Shown piece after piece: positions 18,447 to 27,925 of a stretch of 44,441 nucleotides of DNA (position 1 is its first letter; every line of letters starts with the position of its first letter). Where the stretch lies: sequence record SRR20825019_2178. One strand, 5' to 3'. A model generated the notes under the pieces. The model was not told the DNA's origin, searched no databases, and saw nothing but the letters and a program-made list of their open reading frames with translations. The position numbers and the translations under genes are program-made.

Positions 18447-19379
18447 TCAGGCGACGTTTTCGAAGAAGTAGCCAAGGTCCGGCGCGGAGATGACTTCCTT
18501 GACGCTCTCGCCGGAACGCACGCGATCGGAGCCGCGAAGGCCGATCTTCGGTTCGGGGATCGAGCCGGAGACGCGGGTCCCGAACTGCGCCGTCCATCCG
18601 AAGGTCGGCGTGGCGGAGACGCTGTCGGCAAGGCCTGCCTTGTGGAACAGCGCGCAGTGATTGCCCCAGCAGCGCCGGCGTTGAACCTGCTGGCCGGGCT
18701 TGGCGATATTGACCCAGCCCTCGCCGATAATGATGTCGTCGAGCTCAAGCAGATCGGCGACCGCGCGCTTGTTGGCGTAACCGTCGGCGGCGCCCGAGGG
18801 CGTGAGCGCGCGCAATACGCTCTGATTGGTGCGAAGCGCTGTCCAGGAGCCGCGCCCCATCACGGCATTGTTCGGGCGCATGACCATGCTGTCGGCGGCT
18901 TGCGCAAAGGCGATGATCGGCTTGGCGTCCGGGCTCGTCCATTTGTCGGCGCCGGCAAGCGTTTCCTTGTTGTCGTCGCCATAGAGATCGGGATCGAACA
19001 CCGTGTTGGCGACGCGGACCTCGCGGTCGAGCAGCACCAGATCGATCAGGCGCTGGGCCGCAAAGGCGCGCGGATCATAGCCCGCCGGCGCATTGGCGCT
19101 GTCGGCGATCGGCACGACGTCGTCGAGACCGTAGTCCTCGGTGCGGTCTTCCTTCTCCTTCGCCTCGAACTCGACTTCATTGGGCGAGGATTTGCGACCG
19201 ACCTTGGTGTCGTGCAGCGTGATGAACTGACCGAAATCGAAATACCACCACTTGAACTGCTCGCGCGGCAGCAGCGGATTGAGGCGCGGAAGAACCTGAT
19301 CGGCGATAAGCGCGCCGTTCCTGTAGGCCTGGACGATGCCGACAAGGACGGGATCGACGGGAAAGGGCTGACCGGACAT
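18447..19379 (-). CDS. Major capsid protein
   Basis: 310 aa; VDPVL...YRN...IADQVLP motif; follows protease and decoration genes. Confidence 0.88.
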   Translation of the reverse strand: MSGQPFPVDPVLVGIVQAYRNGALIADQVLPRLNPLLPREQFKWWYFDFGQFITLHDTKVGRKSSPNEVEFEAKEKEDRTEDYGLDDVVPIADSANAPAGYDPRAFAAQRLIDLVLLDREVRVANTVFDPDLYGDDNKETLAGADKWTSPDAKPIIAFAQAADSMVMRPNNAVMGRGSWTALRTNQSVLRALTPSGAADGYANKRAVADLLELDDIIIGEGWVNIAKPGQQVQRRRCWGNHCALFHKAGLADSVSATPTFGWTAQFGTRVSGSIPEPKIGLRGSDRVRSGESVKEVISAPDLGYFFENVA

Positions 19380-19403
19380 TGAATGCTCCTGATAAGGTTT
19401 AGA

Positions 19404-19784
19404 TTAGGCCGCGACGCCAGTCAGCGTGCCGCGCTGGACGATGGCGCGGGCGAAATCGCCGCTTTCCGCGCCGGTGAGGAGGAAGCCGGCAAGCGAGACG
19501 CTCTCGCCTTCGCCGGGCGCTGCCGCGACCGCCGCGCCATTGGCGTCGGACGTGATCGGATCGCCGGGCAGAATGTCGCCGCCGCAGACCACCTCGGCCG
19601 GGCCGAACAGCACGACATCGATGCGCTGGCCGGCTTCCGCGCCGGAGGGAAAGTCGACGACGCCGGCGATCGGATCGGTCGGGCTGGTTGCAAGCGCCAC
19701 CTCCCCGTCATTGGCGGTGAACGTCACCAGATGGCGATGCGCGATCACGCCGGCGGCGACGAAGGTCTTGACGATACGGGTCAT
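19404..19784 (-). CDS. Capsid decoration protein (DUF2190-like)
   Basis: 126 aa; GGDILPGDPITSDANGAAV motif; lies between protease and capsid. Confidence 0.75.
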   Translation of the reverse strand: MTRIVKTFVAAGVIAHRHLVTFTANDGEVALATSPTDPIAGVVDFPSGAEAGQRIDVVLFGPAEVVCGGDILPGDPITSDANGAAVAAAPGEGESVSLAGFLLTGAESGDFARAIVQRGTLTGVAA

Positions 19785-19794
19785 GAAAAAATCC

Positions 19795-20901
19795 TCAGTT
19801 GCGCGCCGTCAGACGCATGGCGGCGGCGGCCGGCGAAAGCGTCTCGCCCTTTTCGGCCGCCTTGGCGATTTCGGTTTCGATGGCGCTGGCGACATAAACG
19901 GCGTCGGAGAAGTCCGGCCCGTCGCCGGTGGCAAACTCGCCGGTCATCAGGGGCTTGGGAAGTTTGGCGAGGAGATCGCGAAAGGCCGCGCGCGGCGAGG
20001 TCTCGACGGTTTCGTCACCTTCGGAAAAAGTGAGGTCGTCGTCGCCAAGCTCGGAAAACAGCGCCGTGGCGGCGCCCTGCAGGCCGACGGGCAGACGCCC
20101 TTCCTTGACGACCCCGCTCACGAAGGCGGTATCCTCATCGGAGCGCCGCTTGCGCTCGGCTTCCGCGAACGCGGTCTCGCGGGTCTTCAGTTCGGCTTCG
20201 CGCGCTTCAAGCGCCGCCTGCCGTTCCTCGGCATTCGTATCCATGGTTTCGTCCTCGGTTGTGGTCTCGGAAAAGGCGGGGCGCGCCTCTTGCTGGCGGC
20301 CCTCGGCGCGCATATCGGCCGCCGCCCGCGCGAGATCGTCGATCTCCCAGTCGGGCAGGAATTTTTCCGCCGTCTCGGCGTCGGTGGTTTCGATGAAATA
20401 GTCCCTGAGGCCGCGAAACAGCTTGGTGAGGCTTTCCAGAGCCCAGGCATTGCGGAACACAAGGTCACTGTCGGAAAACTCGAACACCACCGCGTCGCCA
20501 TCGTCGAACTCGACCGGCTTCAGGCCCTTGACCGCCGGCGGCTGGGCACCGAGGAAGCCGACATGGCGCAGGTGATAGCGGCCGGGCGTCGGATTGCCGG
20601 CGCTTGAAGGCGCGTAGAAGGCAGCCGAAACCTTCTTGAAGGCGCCGGTGCGCACGAGTTCGGCAAAATCGGGATTGAGCTGGTCGGGTTCCGCCACCAG
20701 CCGGTCGCCCTCGACCTTCAGGGTCCTGATCCAGCCATAGGCCGGCGCGTCCTGCTTCGGATGGCCGACGACGATCGGGGCGAGATGGGCGTCCGGATCA
20801 TAACCGGAGGCGATCGCGCCGAGATCGGCGTCACCGAAAGAGAGCGTTTCGCCCTTCGATGTGGTATGCGTGCCGGTGCGGAAGATTTCGAATGTTTTCA
20901 T
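19795..20901 (-). CDS. Capsid maturation protease / scaffold (Mu gpI position)
   Basis: APIVVGHP, KKVSAAFY and LRHVGFLGAQPPAVKGL motifs; coiled-coil C-terminal scaffold. Confidence 0.88.
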   Translation of the reverse strand: MKTFEIFRTGTHTTSKGETLSFGDADLGAIASGYDPDAHLAPIVVGHPKQDAPAYGWIRTLKVEGDRLVAEPDQLNPDFAELVRTGAFKKVSAAFYAPSSAGNPTPGRYHLRHVGFLGAQPPAVKGLKPVEFDDGDAVVFEFSDSDLVFRNAWALESLTKLFRGLRDYFIETTDAETAEKFLPDWEIDDLARAAADMRAEGRQQEARPAFSETTTEDETMDTNAEERQAALEAREAELKTRETAFAEAERKRRSDEDTAFVSGVVKEGRLPVGLQGAATALFSELGDDDLTFSEGDETVETSPRAAFRDLLAKLPKPLMTGEFATGDGPDFSDAVYVASAIETEIAKAAEKGETLSPAAAAMRLTARN

Positions 20902-20939
20902 GCCGCCGACAATGCCAGCGGGCGGTCAGGCGAAACATT

Positions 20940-20954
20940 CACAAGCGCCTTGCG
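20940..20954 (-). promoter_or_regulatory. Candidate late-activator site of the head (PI-like) promoter
   Basis: CACAAG-CGC-CTTGCG; 14/15 identical to the reverse complement of the site before the lysis genes. Confidence 0.6.
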
Positions 20955-21138
20955 AGAGAGGCCCGGATTTGGGCTTCAGGGCCGGTTTCAGTCTTAAACC
21001 GGCAAACCGCCCCTGACAATCATCTGCCGGATCAAATTCGAAGCCCTTTCAAAGCCGCTGGGCGCGCATCAGCAATTTTTACGGATGACGAACCGGCCCG
21101 GACCTGCCTCACGCGTCCTGAGGCAAATATGAGGGTTT

Positions 21139-21642
21139 TCAGTCGGCGCTCGCAAACGGCTCGAAATGGTCCTGGATGATATCGAGAATGTCGGCGCGGT
21201 CCTTGTCGCTGAGACCGAGGAACGGACGCTTCGGAATGGTGACAGATTTCACCTTGATCGTCTTGCCGCCCATGGAGAACACCAGCGCCGGCGCGTCCTT
21301 GGCATTGATCACGCCGCCCTCATTGTGAATGCGGGCATAGATCTCGTTCGAACCGACCTCGACCGAGGCGTCGTCGACAAGTTGCCAGATGATCTGCGAT
21401 AGCGAACGGCTTTCGCCCTTCAGGATGCCCGAGCCCTTCTTGGTCTTTCGGTAAAGCGGATTGAGCGGCTTCCATGCCCGGCCGTCGGGGTCTTGCTCGT
21501 CGACGAAGCGCCGGCGCGTGGCGGCCGCCTCGTGTTCGCCGATATTCTTCAGCGCCGGCGTGATGGTGTCGGCGGCCTGGTAAAGTCGCGTCAGCCCGGC
21601 ATCGATATCCTCATCGCGGATCGTCAGCGTTGCGGCAGTCAT
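21139..21642 (-). CDS. Virion morphogenesis protein (Mu gpG / tail completion S family)
   Basis: RFVDEQDPDGRAWKPL, VGSNEIYARIHNEGG and IPKRPFLGLS motifs. Confidence 0.9.
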   Translation of the reverse strand: MTAATLTIRDEDIDAGLTRLYQAADTITPALKNIGEHEAAATRRRFVDEQDPDGRAWKPLNPLYRKTKKGSGILKGESRSLSQIIWQLVDDASVEVGSNEIYARIHNEGGVINAKDAPALVFSMGGKTIKVKSVTIPKRPFLGLSDKDRADILDIIQDHFEPFASAD

Positions 21643-21748
21643 TTGAAAACCATGCCTCCTGGCTTATGATGCTCTGGTCCGGGTGAGGCTTTCGGGAGCC
21701 CTCCGTAGCTCGGACACTGAGCGCGCCGCCCGACACGGCGCGTTTGAA
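21643..21748 (+). ncRNA. Putative antisense small-RNA cassette 1 (promoter, long hairpin, terminator)
   Basis: TTGAAA-N16-TATGAT; hairpin at about 21671-21722; terminator-like stem 21719-21745 with G-U pairs only on the + strand. Confidence 0.5.
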
Positions 21749-21860
21749 GTTTTCCTCGGGTTTGACTACATTCCCGTTCGCGAGCGCGTCTGGCTGTTCC
21801 GGCCACGATCCATAAAGCGCGTCGTCAGGGCGGCCGGGCCGGAGTGGCCGCCCTCTATTT
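21744..21860 (+). ncRNA. Putative antisense small-RNA cassette 2 (promoter, long hairpin, terminator)
   Basis: TTGAAG-N17-TACATT; hairpin at about 21780-21825; 9-bp stem AGGGCGGCC/GGCCGCCCT at 21827-21854. Confidence 0.5.
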
Positions 21861-23096
21861 CCTGCGATAGAGCATCGCTCCCTTCCTGAAATTGCGGATA
21901 TAGCGCGCATTCGTCTGAAACCCGGTCGTCGCGATCCAGCCCTTGGAACTCCATTCGAAGCGCACGAACAGCGACTTTTCATCCGGCAAAAGGAAGTTTC
22001 GCAGGTAGGATCGCTTCAGCGCCAGGCCGGATGCGACGCGCGCCCAGTCGGCCCAGATCTCGTCCGGATCGCGGATGGTATCGGCGAGCAGCAGCATGTA
22101 GGGACCGCGATCGAACTTGTTGCTCTTGTTGCCGGTGACCGCGCCGCTCTGGTCACGGGCGAGAAACAGGCGCTCCGAGAGCGTGACAATCCCGCCCGAG
22201 ACGTCGCGAAAATAACCATGCGATTCCCGCTCAACGCCGAATTCTTCCAGGAAGCGGCCGGCATAGTCCTCGTCCGAAAGCCCTCCTGGCAGCAGCCGCG
22301 CGGCGGGCACTGGCGTGGCGGCGGGAAGCGGCGGCAGGTCGGGGTCGGGTTTCGCGGTCTCGTCAAATGGTGCAAGCGGCTTGCGCAGCTCCGGCGGCAC
22401 GACGCCGTTCAGCCATTCCTCGCCGACATTGTAGGCCCAGCCGCGGTCAATCCCGGGATAGCGGGTTTCGGGTTCGCCGGTGCGCGGATCGCTGTCCTCA
22501 TAGGGGCGAAGATCCGGCGCCTGGTCGGGACCATCCTTGCCGAGCGCCTTCAACTGCCGCTCAGACAGCGCCTCAATGTCGCAGCCGCAACCCCAGCCAT
22601 TCGGCGGAAACATGATCCGCCAGGCCGGATCGGTTGCCGCGAGCACAAGTCCGTTCCAGGACAGATGGAGCTTACGCGGATGGAGCGCACCCGAATGGAC
22701 GTATTTCCAGTACGGACGGTATTTCAGGACATCGGGATCGGTGAGTTGCTTGTAGCGCCCGGCCATATAGGACGTGCGCATATTGGTGGTGTAGATGATC
22801 CGCGCGCGCCAGGCGCGGCGTTCCTCCTCGGTCTTGCCGTGCGAATTGTAGCGCCAGCCCGTCCGATCGACGATCGCGTCGAAGTCCTTGCGGAATTCCT
22901 TGAGGCCGGTGCCTGCCGCGCGCGCTTTCTCAATTGCCGCCCGGAAATCCGCCAGCATGTCGTCGCGGGTCACGCCGGCGACAGAAAAGCCGCGTACCTG
23001 GGCGGCATGCTTCAGGTCATCATGGCGACGCGTCGGCAAGTTGACCTTACCTGTCAGAAACTCGATCGCCTCCTTGAACGGTATCTGGTCAGCCAT
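21855..23096 (-). CDS. MuF head morphogenesis protein with C-terminal PBECR2-like nuclease domain
   Basis: MuF motifs IYTTNMRTSYMAGRY and FPPNGWGCGC; C-terminal LLADTIRDPDEIW...RSYL...TTGF...RKGAMLYRRK. Confidence 0.88.
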   Translation of the reverse strand: MADQIPFKEAIEFLTGKVNLPTRRHDDLKHAAQVRGFSVAGVTRDDMLADFRAAIEKARAAGTGLKEFRKDFDAIVDRTGWRYNSHGKTEEERRAWRARIIYTTNMRTSYMAGRYKQLTDPDVLKYRPYWKYVHSGALHPRKLHLSWNGLVLAATDPAWRIMFPPNGWGCGCDIEALSERQLKALGKDGPDQAPDLRPYEDSDPRTGEPETRYPGIDRGWAYNVGEEWLNGVVPPELRKPLAPFDETAKPDPDLPPLPAATPVPAARLLPGGLSDEDYAGRFLEEFGVERESHGYFRDVSGGIVTLSERLFLARDQSGAVTGNKSNKFDRGPYMLLLADTIRDPDEIWADWARVASGLALKRSYLRNFLLPDEKSLFVRFEWSSKGWIATTGFQTNARYIRNFRKGAMLYRRK

Positions 23097-24567
23097 CGGA
23101 GCCCACGCTGTCGTGGCCTTCGAGGCGGGCAAGCGTCATGCCCTGCTCCATCAGCTCCGCGAAACCGTCGACGCCCATTTCGGCCGAAAGCCGAGCAAGT
23201 CGCAGCGACAGATCATCGAAGTCGGTTGCCGCGTTCACCTGGTTGCGGATTTCTTCGATCATCGCGGCGATGACCGGGTCGCCGAGCGTCTCCATCTGAT
23301 CGGCGATGTCCGTCGCGGCGTCAGGCGGATGCGTGTGCTCGGCGAAGTCATGATCGTCTCCGGCCGCCGGCGGTTGCGCCTTCGACGGATCGATTGCCGG
23401 CTCCGGCGCTTTCCGCTTCACCCAAGCGCCGCCATAGGTCTCGCTGAAATAGTCCTCGTCTTCGGGCTCATAGCCCATTTCATAGATCGTCTTGTCACGC
23501 GCGACCTTGTCGTTGAGGTCTTCCGCCTCCGAGAAATCACGCCAGACCTCGGGGATTGCAGCCCCCGGCCAGTTGGCTTCGACGAACCAGCGCACCAGCG
23601 TATCGCGCACAGTCTCGCAGACGAGATCGGCCGCTGCCTTGGCGATCGCGATGCGGACCTCGTTATGGATCTCGCCGAGCGACCGTGCGCCGCGCTCGCC
23701 GGAATTGGTCGAAAGCGTCTCACCGAGCACCGCCTCGCTCATCAACTCGTCGAGATAGCGCGACAACGCCTCATAGACATCGCCGCCGCCGGAGTTCTTG
23801 GCTTCGAGCAGGCTGACATTGACCGTGTCCGGGACGGCAAGCCCGGTATCGCCCGCCATTCGGCGCAGCGCATCGAGCAGTTGATCCTGCTTTGCCTGAT
23901 CGAAGCCGCCGCTATATTGCGCAAGCGTCGTCGGCGTCGCGTGTTTTTCCGTGCCGCGCAGCCAGTGCGCCAGCACCTGCCGCTTGAACCAGGCCGGCCA
24001 GAACAGCACCGAGCCGATCCCGACGCCGTAAGGATCGTCGTCGTCATCGTCGATCGAATGGCGATGGACGATGAACTTGCGATCGGGAACCGGCTCGCCG
24101 TCCATGGTGCTGGAGCGGGTCAGCATGCGCAGCTCGCCCTCGACGGTGAAGCGGAAGCGGCGCTGCTTCTTGACCTTGACCGCCCCGGCCTTCCACATTG
24201 CCTCGTCGTTGATCCAGACGATTTCGGCGACGGCAAATCCCTTGAGCACCGCACCGAGCAGACCGCGCGTCAGCCGGTCGAAGTTGATCGCCTTGAGCTG
24301 GGTTTCGACGGCGTCGGCGATCTTCTTATCCGCGCGTTTCTCCGATGCCGGAAACACCGCCCATTCGCGTGAGACCACTTCAAGCTTCAGCTTGGAGAGC
24401 ACCGCATGGGCATGCGGATCGCGCCTGATCTCGTCATAAAGCTTCAGCGCGCTCGCGCCGCCGCGCGCCGCAAGCACCTCATCCATGGGCTGCAGCACGC
24501 CCTGAAACGACGGAATGAACGGATCGCTGGCAGCGGTGGCGATTTCGGCGCGTTCGAGTTTTGCCAT
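23089..24567 (-). CDS. Portal protein, DUF935 (Mu gp29)
   Basis: KGFAVAEIVW, PYGVG and AVLGETLST...SLGEIHNEVR motifs. Confidence 0.92.
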   Translation of the reverse strand: MAKLERAEIATAASDPFIPSFQGVLQPMDEVLAARGGASALKLYDEIRRDPHAHAVLSKLKLEVVSREWAVFPASEKRADKKIADAVETQLKAINFDRLTRGLLGAVLKGFAVAEIVWINDEAMWKAGAVKVKKQRRFRFTVEGELRMLTRSSTMDGEPVPDRKFIVHRHSIDDDDDDPYGVGIGSVLFWPAWFKRQVLAHWLRGTEKHATPTTLAQYSGGFDQAKQDQLLDALRRMAGDTGLAVPDTVNVSLLEAKNSGGGDVYEALSRYLDELMSEAVLGETLSTNSGERGARSLGEIHNEVRIAIAKAAADLVCETVRDTLVRWFVEANWPGAAIPEVWRDFSEAEDLNDKVARDKTIYEMGYEPEDEDYFSETYGGAWVKRKAPEPAIDPSKAQPPAAGDDHDFAEHTHPPDAATDIADQMETLGDPVIAAMIEEIRNQVNAATDFDDLSLRLARLSAEMGVDGFAELMEQGMTLARLEGHDSVGSDG

Positions 24568-24568
24568 G

Positions 24569-26188
24569 TCAGAACCTCGTGAAGCTGAAGAGATCGGTGA
24601 GGCGATTGGCGAGGTTGAAGCCCTTGCCGAATTCGCTCATGGACTCGGAGCTCGGCCGCACGCCGGTCGTTCCCGCGCCAACCTCGCCGCTGTCCTGTTC
24701 GCTCGCGAACACCGCGAGCGCGCCGGCCGGGGCCGCGTCGCCATGGCGCTCGAAACCGTCGGCGCCCATATTGTGGAAATCCACCGGCACCTTGGCGATG
24801 CCGCGCTGCATCTTCAGCGCCCGGTAATCGTTCAGGATATCGTCATCCTTCGGAAGCTCGATCAGCCCGTCGTCAAAGGCGGCTTTCAGCTTCGGCATGT
24901 TGACCATGTACCAGACCTCGGAAAGTTTGATCTCCGAGACATAGACCGCGCCGAACTCCTGCCGCGCCAGCTCGGCAAGCGCGGCACCATTGCCGGTCGC
25001 GTCGAACGCGGCATGAAAGAAGCGCGGCAAATGCTCCTTGATGAAACAGACGATCTGGAACTGCGACGTGTAAGGGACATCGCGGAGCTCAAGAATGAAC
25101 GGCGTTGCCAACGAAAGGTCCGGCCTCACCTGCAGCGGATGAATGACCGAAAGGTCGGCCGTGCGCCCAAAATCCTGGCCCAGACAGGAACGGTAATGCC
25201 GGTCGAGCTTTGCAAGATGCGGCAGGAGCTGCTCTTTGCAGAAGGCTTCCACCTCGGCCTCGCGCAGTTCCTTCGGCCAGTCGACGAAGCCTTGCGGCGG
25301 ATGCCAGCGAATGACCGGGATATCGTCCTTCATCCGCGAGACGATCAGCGCCCGCGAAAGATAGGCGCCGGAGGTCAGCGACGGAATGCAGAACAGCTCC
25401 TCATCCGCGCCGCTGCCATAGAACTTGATGATCGAGGCGCGCCACGCGGCTTCAGCCTCCGGCGACCATTCCTTGCCAGTGACAAGGCAGATGCGCTCGT
25501 AAAGCCCGTCGCGCAAAGCGTCGTCGAAGTCGATCCGAAGATGGGCGTAGCTGGACTTGCCGGCGAGGATATCCTGCACCTGCTCGTTGAAATGGTTCTC
25601 GAAGCCGTCATGGGTCGAGCAGACGATCACCTGGCCGCCCCACATGAGGAAGGCGAGCGCCGCCTTGAGGAGTTGCTCCAGGCTGTCGACGAAAGCCGCC
25701 TCGTCGATCATCACCACGCCCTGCTTGCCGCGAAGCGTACGCGGGGCGGACGAAAGCCCGACGATCTCGAAACCGGAAGCGAACTTGATGCGGAACGCCT
25801 GGATCGCGCGCTCGCCGTCCGTGTCGCTGTCGTCGAAGAGGAATTCCTCCATCTCCATCGCGGCCGAGGAGAAGGACCGCGCCCACATAGCGGCCGCGTC
25901 GATGAATTCCCGCGTCATCTCCTGGCTATAGGAGATGTACATGAAATCCATGCCGCCGGCCTCGCGGGAGCGCGCCGCGCGCAGAACGGCATAGGCGGCG
26001 CAGGCCCAGGTGAGTCCGATCCGGCGCGACTTCTCGACGAACAGCACCGGGCACGCGCCTTCGAGCAGCGATACCGTTCTTGCCTGATAGGGCAACAAAG
26101 CCTTGCGGCGCTCGATCCTCTCAAGCACCGCATCAGTCGACTGCCGCCGGGCGAGCGCCCATTCCTGTTCGGAGATCGGGCCACTCAT
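24569..26188 (-). CDS. Terminase large subunit (Mu gp28-like)
   Basis: EKSRRIGLTW Walker A-like motif; VMIDEAAF Walker B; GQDFGR, DATGNG and HGD nuclease motifs. Confidence 0.95.
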   Translation of the reverse strand: MSGPISEQEWALARRQSTDAVLERIERRKALLPYQARTVSLLEGACPVLFVEKSRRIGLTWACAAYAVLRAARSREAGGMDFMYISYSQEMTREFIDAAAMWARSFSSAAMEMEEFLFDDSDTDGERAIQAFRIKFASGFEIVGLSSAPRTLRGKQGVVMIDEAAFVDSLEQLLKAALAFLMWGGQVIVCSTHDGFENHFNEQVQDILAGKSSYAHLRIDFDDALRDGLYERICLVTGKEWSPEAEAAWRASIIKFYGSGADEELFCIPSLTSGAYLSRALIVSRMKDDIPVIRWHPPQGFVDWPKELREAEVEAFCKEQLLPHLAKLDRHYRSCLGQDFGRTADLSVIHPLQVRPDLSLATPFILELRDVPYTSQFQIVCFIKEHLPRFFHAAFDATGNGAALAELARQEFGAVYVSEIKLSEVWYMVNMPKLKAAFDDGLIELPKDDDILNDYRALKMQRGIAKVPVDFHNMGADGFERHGDAAPAGALAVFASEQDSGEVGAGTTGVRPSSESMSEFGKGFNLANRLTDLFSFTRF

Positions 26189-26769
26189 GTGTTGACGCCC
26201 AACAGCTTGTCGAGGATTTCGACGGCAGCTTCATCGGAAAGGCCGCGCGCCTTCGCCACCGTCTGGACCGCCTTCATGGCCTTGTCCGCGAAATCCGCCT
26301 CGACTTTTTGGCGGCGCGAAGAGGAAACGCTTTGCGCCTGAACCGCCGAGCGCAGGGCATTGGCAAGCTGCATCGCGCCCTTCGGATCTAGACCGCCATC
26401 CTCTGTGGCCTGCAGAAGTTCGAAGATCAGCGTCTTGATCGCCTCGGCCGCGATCAGCGTCAGTTCGTCCGAGCCTTCGGCGTCGATGCGCTCCGAGATC
26501 GTCGCGGCGATCTCGCGGGTCTCCTCGATCCGGCGGGTCATTCGCGCGAGATTGACCGAATAGCGATTGAAAGCGGTGAAGGAGGGAATGTCGAAACTGA
26601 CGCCGAACTCCCCCTGGATCGCGAGGAGCCTGTCACGAAACTCCGGATAGATTTCGGTCTGGGTCCGCTTCCGTTTCGCAAGCTCCTGCGCCGCCCAGGC
26701 AACGGCGTCGTCGCACTCGGCTGGCAGAAGATCGATATTGGAAAGCCTTCCGCGTCCTCGCTTTGCCAT
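26185..26769 (-). CDS. Terminase small subunit, DUF3486 (Mu gp27-like)
   Basis: GRLSNIDLLP N-terminal motif; directly upstream of TerL. Confidence 0.85.
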   Translation of the reverse strand: MAKRGRGRLSNIDLLPAECDDAVAWAAQELAKRKRTQTEIYPEFRDRLLAIQGEFGVSFDIPSFTAFNRYSVNLARMTRRIEETREIAATISERIDAEGSDELTLIAAEAIKTLIFELLQATEDGGLDPKGAMQLANALRSAVQAQSVSSSRRQKVEADFADKAMKAVQTVAKARGLSDEAAVEILDKLLGVNT

Positions 26770-26772
26770 GGC

Positions 26773-27072
26773 TCACACCTCCGGCGACGGGCGGGCGATG
26801 CCCTCGATGATCGAGCGGCGCTCCACATGATCGAGGCCGGCTCTGGTGATCGACGGGATCAGCACGCTGCCGGCCTCCGTCACCGTGACCGCGCCTAATT
26901 CCTCCATCTTGCGGATCTGGGTGCGCACATAATCGCGGCTGCGGTTGTGGCCGAAGGTGCGCAAAAGCATGGTCAGCAGCGTCTCGTTGAGCGTCCCGTC
27001 GGTCTCGGTCGCGAGACCCCGCAGGATGACCAGGCGCGCGTCGCGGGCGGAATATTCCTCAAACGAAACCAT
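26773..27072 (-). CDS. Mu gp26-like winged-helix protein
   Basis: DARLVILRGL...ITRAGLDHV...GIARPSP motif; synteny. Confidence 0.8.
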   Translation of the reverse strand: MVSFEEYSARDARLVILRGLATETDGTLNETLLTMLLRTFGHNRSRDYVRTQIRKMEELGAVTVTEAGSVLIPSITRAGLDHVERRSIIEGIARPSPEV

Positions 27073-27073
27073 G

Positions 27074-27403
27074 TCAGTCGTCACCCTTGGTTCTCAGATA
27101 ATCGTCAATGCGGGTTACGGTGGCGCCCATGCCGGCAAGCCGTTCGGTCAACGCCGACATCGCACCCTCGACTTTCGCCATCGCGATCTTCAGGTCGACC
27201 ACGCTGTCCTTGTCGGGGAGATGTCGCAGCTCCCCCTCGATCTCCTGAATGCGCCGCTCATGTTCGATCACGATCTTCTCGATGGCCGTGAGCTTCTCGC
27301 TGTTGCCTTTCGCCCGCGCCGTCAGCCAGGCATAGATGAACGAGCCGAGCGCGATCAGGCTGTTGATGGCCGTGAGCCAGGGCAGAAGCGGATCAATCGT
27401 CAT
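27074..27403 (-). CDS. DUF2730 family protein (Mu gp25-like)
   Basis: N-terminal TM helix, coiled coil and ELRHLPD motif; ATG overlaps the upstream stop. Confidence 0.8.
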   Translation of the reverse strand: MTIDPLLPWLTAINSLIALGSFIYAWLTARAKGNSEKLTAIEKIVIEHERRIQEIEGELRHLPDKDSVVDLKIAMAKVEGAMSALTERLAGMGATVTRIDDYLRTKGDD

Positions 27404-27618
27404 CGGCAATAAAACTCCCGCTCGCGCTCCGCCTGGCAGGCCGCGCAACGCCTGGCGAAGGGCGCTGCGTTGCGGCGCGCCTCCGGAATAAGCTCGCCGC
27501 AATCGGCGCACTGTTTCGCGCCTGGCGCAGCGAGTGCCCGGCGCGCGCTTTCAATTCGGCGCTGGCGCGCGGCGTCATGGCCCTCGGTTGCCGCCTCCAG
27601 CCTGTCTTCACGGTTCAT
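27400..27618 (-). CDS. TraR/DksA C4-type zinc-finger protein
   Basis: CADCGELIPEARR...RCAACQ. Confidence 0.9.
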   Translation of the reverse strand: MNREDRLEAATEGHDAARQRRIESARRALAAPGAKQCADCGELIPEARRNAAPFARRCAACQAEREREFYCR

Positions 27619-27925
27619 GCTGTCTCTCGTTCGCTTGTTTCAGGGCGGCATTCGCCGCGTCGATCGCCGCGATCGCGCCGGCCCGGCGCTGATCGCAGAC
27701 CTTCACCGCCATGCGGTCGTTTCCCCATTTGTCGACGACCTCGCGTTCCGAAAGACCGCCATCCTCCGGCAGATCGGAAAGCATCGGCGCGCACGACCGA
27801 CGCGCGCTTTCCGGTGCCTCGACAGGCGTCTGAACCAGCTTGATCGCGGGGGCCGGATCATCGGGGGAGGAGCTGCAGGCGGCGAGCGCTAACCCCGCAA
27901 CCATCGCCATCAGGCAATGCCGCAT
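27608..27925 (-). CDS. Outer-membrane spanin (Rz1-like lipoprotein)
   Basis: Lipobox LAAC; Pro-rich; overlaps the 3' end of the i-spanin gene. Confidence 0.75.
   Translation of the reverse strand: MRHCLMAMVAGLALAACSSSPDDPAPAIKLVQTPVEAPESARRSCAPMLSDLPEDGGLSEREVVDKWGNDRMAVKVCDQRRAGAIAAIDAANAALKQANERQHEP

Noticed and set aside
21671-21854. CRISPR array or solitary CRISPR repeat
   Set aside because: The units are not sequence repeats and I recognise no repeat consensus
22888-26341. Long + strand ORFs (494 and 608 aa)
   Set aside because: Shadows of the portal and terminase genes
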